In this document: in pieces, positions 63,028-64,000 of the stretch | Numbering within the stretch: position 1 is the first letter of the stretch | How the letters are laid out: every line of letters starts with the position of its first letter | From: Raja brachyura | Taxonomy: Eukaryota | Assembly (NCBI GenBank): GCA_963514005.1 | Contig: OY740790.1 | Location: 51,832,001 to 51,896,000, forward strand | DNA: 64,000 nucleotides | Reading direction: 5' to 3' | Notes under the pieces: model-generated | What the model saw: only the letters and a program-made list of their open reading frames with translations | Databases searched by the model: none | Told to the model about the DNA's origin: nothing | Position numbers and translations under genes: made by a program

Positions 63028-63650
63028 GTGTAGGAAGGAACTGCAGATGTTGGTTTACACCGAAGATAGGCACAAAATGCTGGAGTAACTCAGCGGATCA
63101 GGCAGCATCTCTGGAGAAAAGGAATAGGTGATGTTTCGGGTCAGGACCATTCTTCAGACAGAGAGTCAGGGTACAGAACAATTCAGAGCTGGCGCTCGTG
63201 GCCAAGGAGCTCAGAATGGCCCATTGTCACAGTTCCTTCCAACACATTTTGACTGCTCAACTGCAAAATCTCCTCAAGGTATCCCTACTTTGAAGAAGTT
63301 CTCCTCCTCTTTCTGACAAGCGTTCTGCAACACCCTCTCTCGCTGCTCCCCATCCGTGATTCCTCACTGCTCTCCATCTCTGTGACCACATTTTAACCCG
63401 GTCTCACTACCATAGCCACATGCGCACTGTTCGGGATCCCTTCTTTTTCACCTCCTCCACAGCCAACAATAGACCGTTGTGGGCTCCTTGGCCATCAGTG
63501 CTGGCTCTGATTTGCAGTGTATCATTTCATACCTCTAGTTTCCCTCTCCCTTGACTAGTCTCGACCCGATAATCAATCACCTATTGCTTTTATCCAGAGA
63601 TGCTCCCTGACCTGCTGAGTTGATCCATTATTTTAGGTCTATCTAAGGTT
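63028..63650. mobile_element. Penelope-like fragment with inverted terminal repeats
   Basis: Minus-strand repeat at 63028-63170 and plus-strand repeat at about 63450-63650. Confidence 0.75.
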
Positions 63651-64000
63651 AATAAACTATGCAAGGTAAAAGGAGCCAGCTACACCTTGCATTAATGCAC
63701 TATACAACGCATGGCTGCCAGTTAGATTATTAAAATGTTGAATTAAGTTCAGAAACCATTGCTCTTCACTTGACACCACCAGCTACATCTGAAATAGACT
63801 TGCAGCTTTAGTGTTCTCCTTGTGAGGTCAAGAGTCAAGAGTGTTTTGTTCAGTTCAGTTTAGTTCATTGTCACGTGTACTGAGGTACAGTGAAAACCTT
63901 TTGTTAGATGCTATCCAGTCAGCGGAAAGACAATACATGATTACAATTGAGCCCTTTACAGTATATAGATACATGATAAGGGAATAACGTTTAGTGCAAG

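Overview
This is a repeat-rich vertebrate genomic window, most likely from a cartilaginous fish (skate or ray). That assignment is inferred from HE1-like V-SINEs, abundant CR1, Rex1/Babar, RTE and Penelope-like fragments; no prokaryotic features are present. The main elements are: (1) three DIRS1-class tyrosine-recombinase retrotransposons, one apparently intact (11809-16727, minus strand) with a single Gag-RT-RNaseH-methyltransferase ORF, a YR ORF, perfect ITR/ICR and a reconstructable AATA integration site; (2) a full-length IR/DR Tc1 transposon (21132-22747); (3) a 1.3-kb non-autonomous hAT element carrying promoter/first-exon-like cargo; (4) PIF/Harbinger MITEs; (5) more than ten Penelope-like terminal repeats, several with a minimal hammerhead ribozyme core; and (6) scattered minus-strand exons of an unidentified host gene, some phase-consistent and open, others with single nonsense codons. 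The most unusual observation is a degenerate second copy of the DIRS circle junction (an 'anti-ICR'). It could fold the element's 3' RNA into an alternative ~250-nt hairpin and shows a compensatory change between two divergent copies. All calls were made by eye; boundaries of degraded repeats are approximate.
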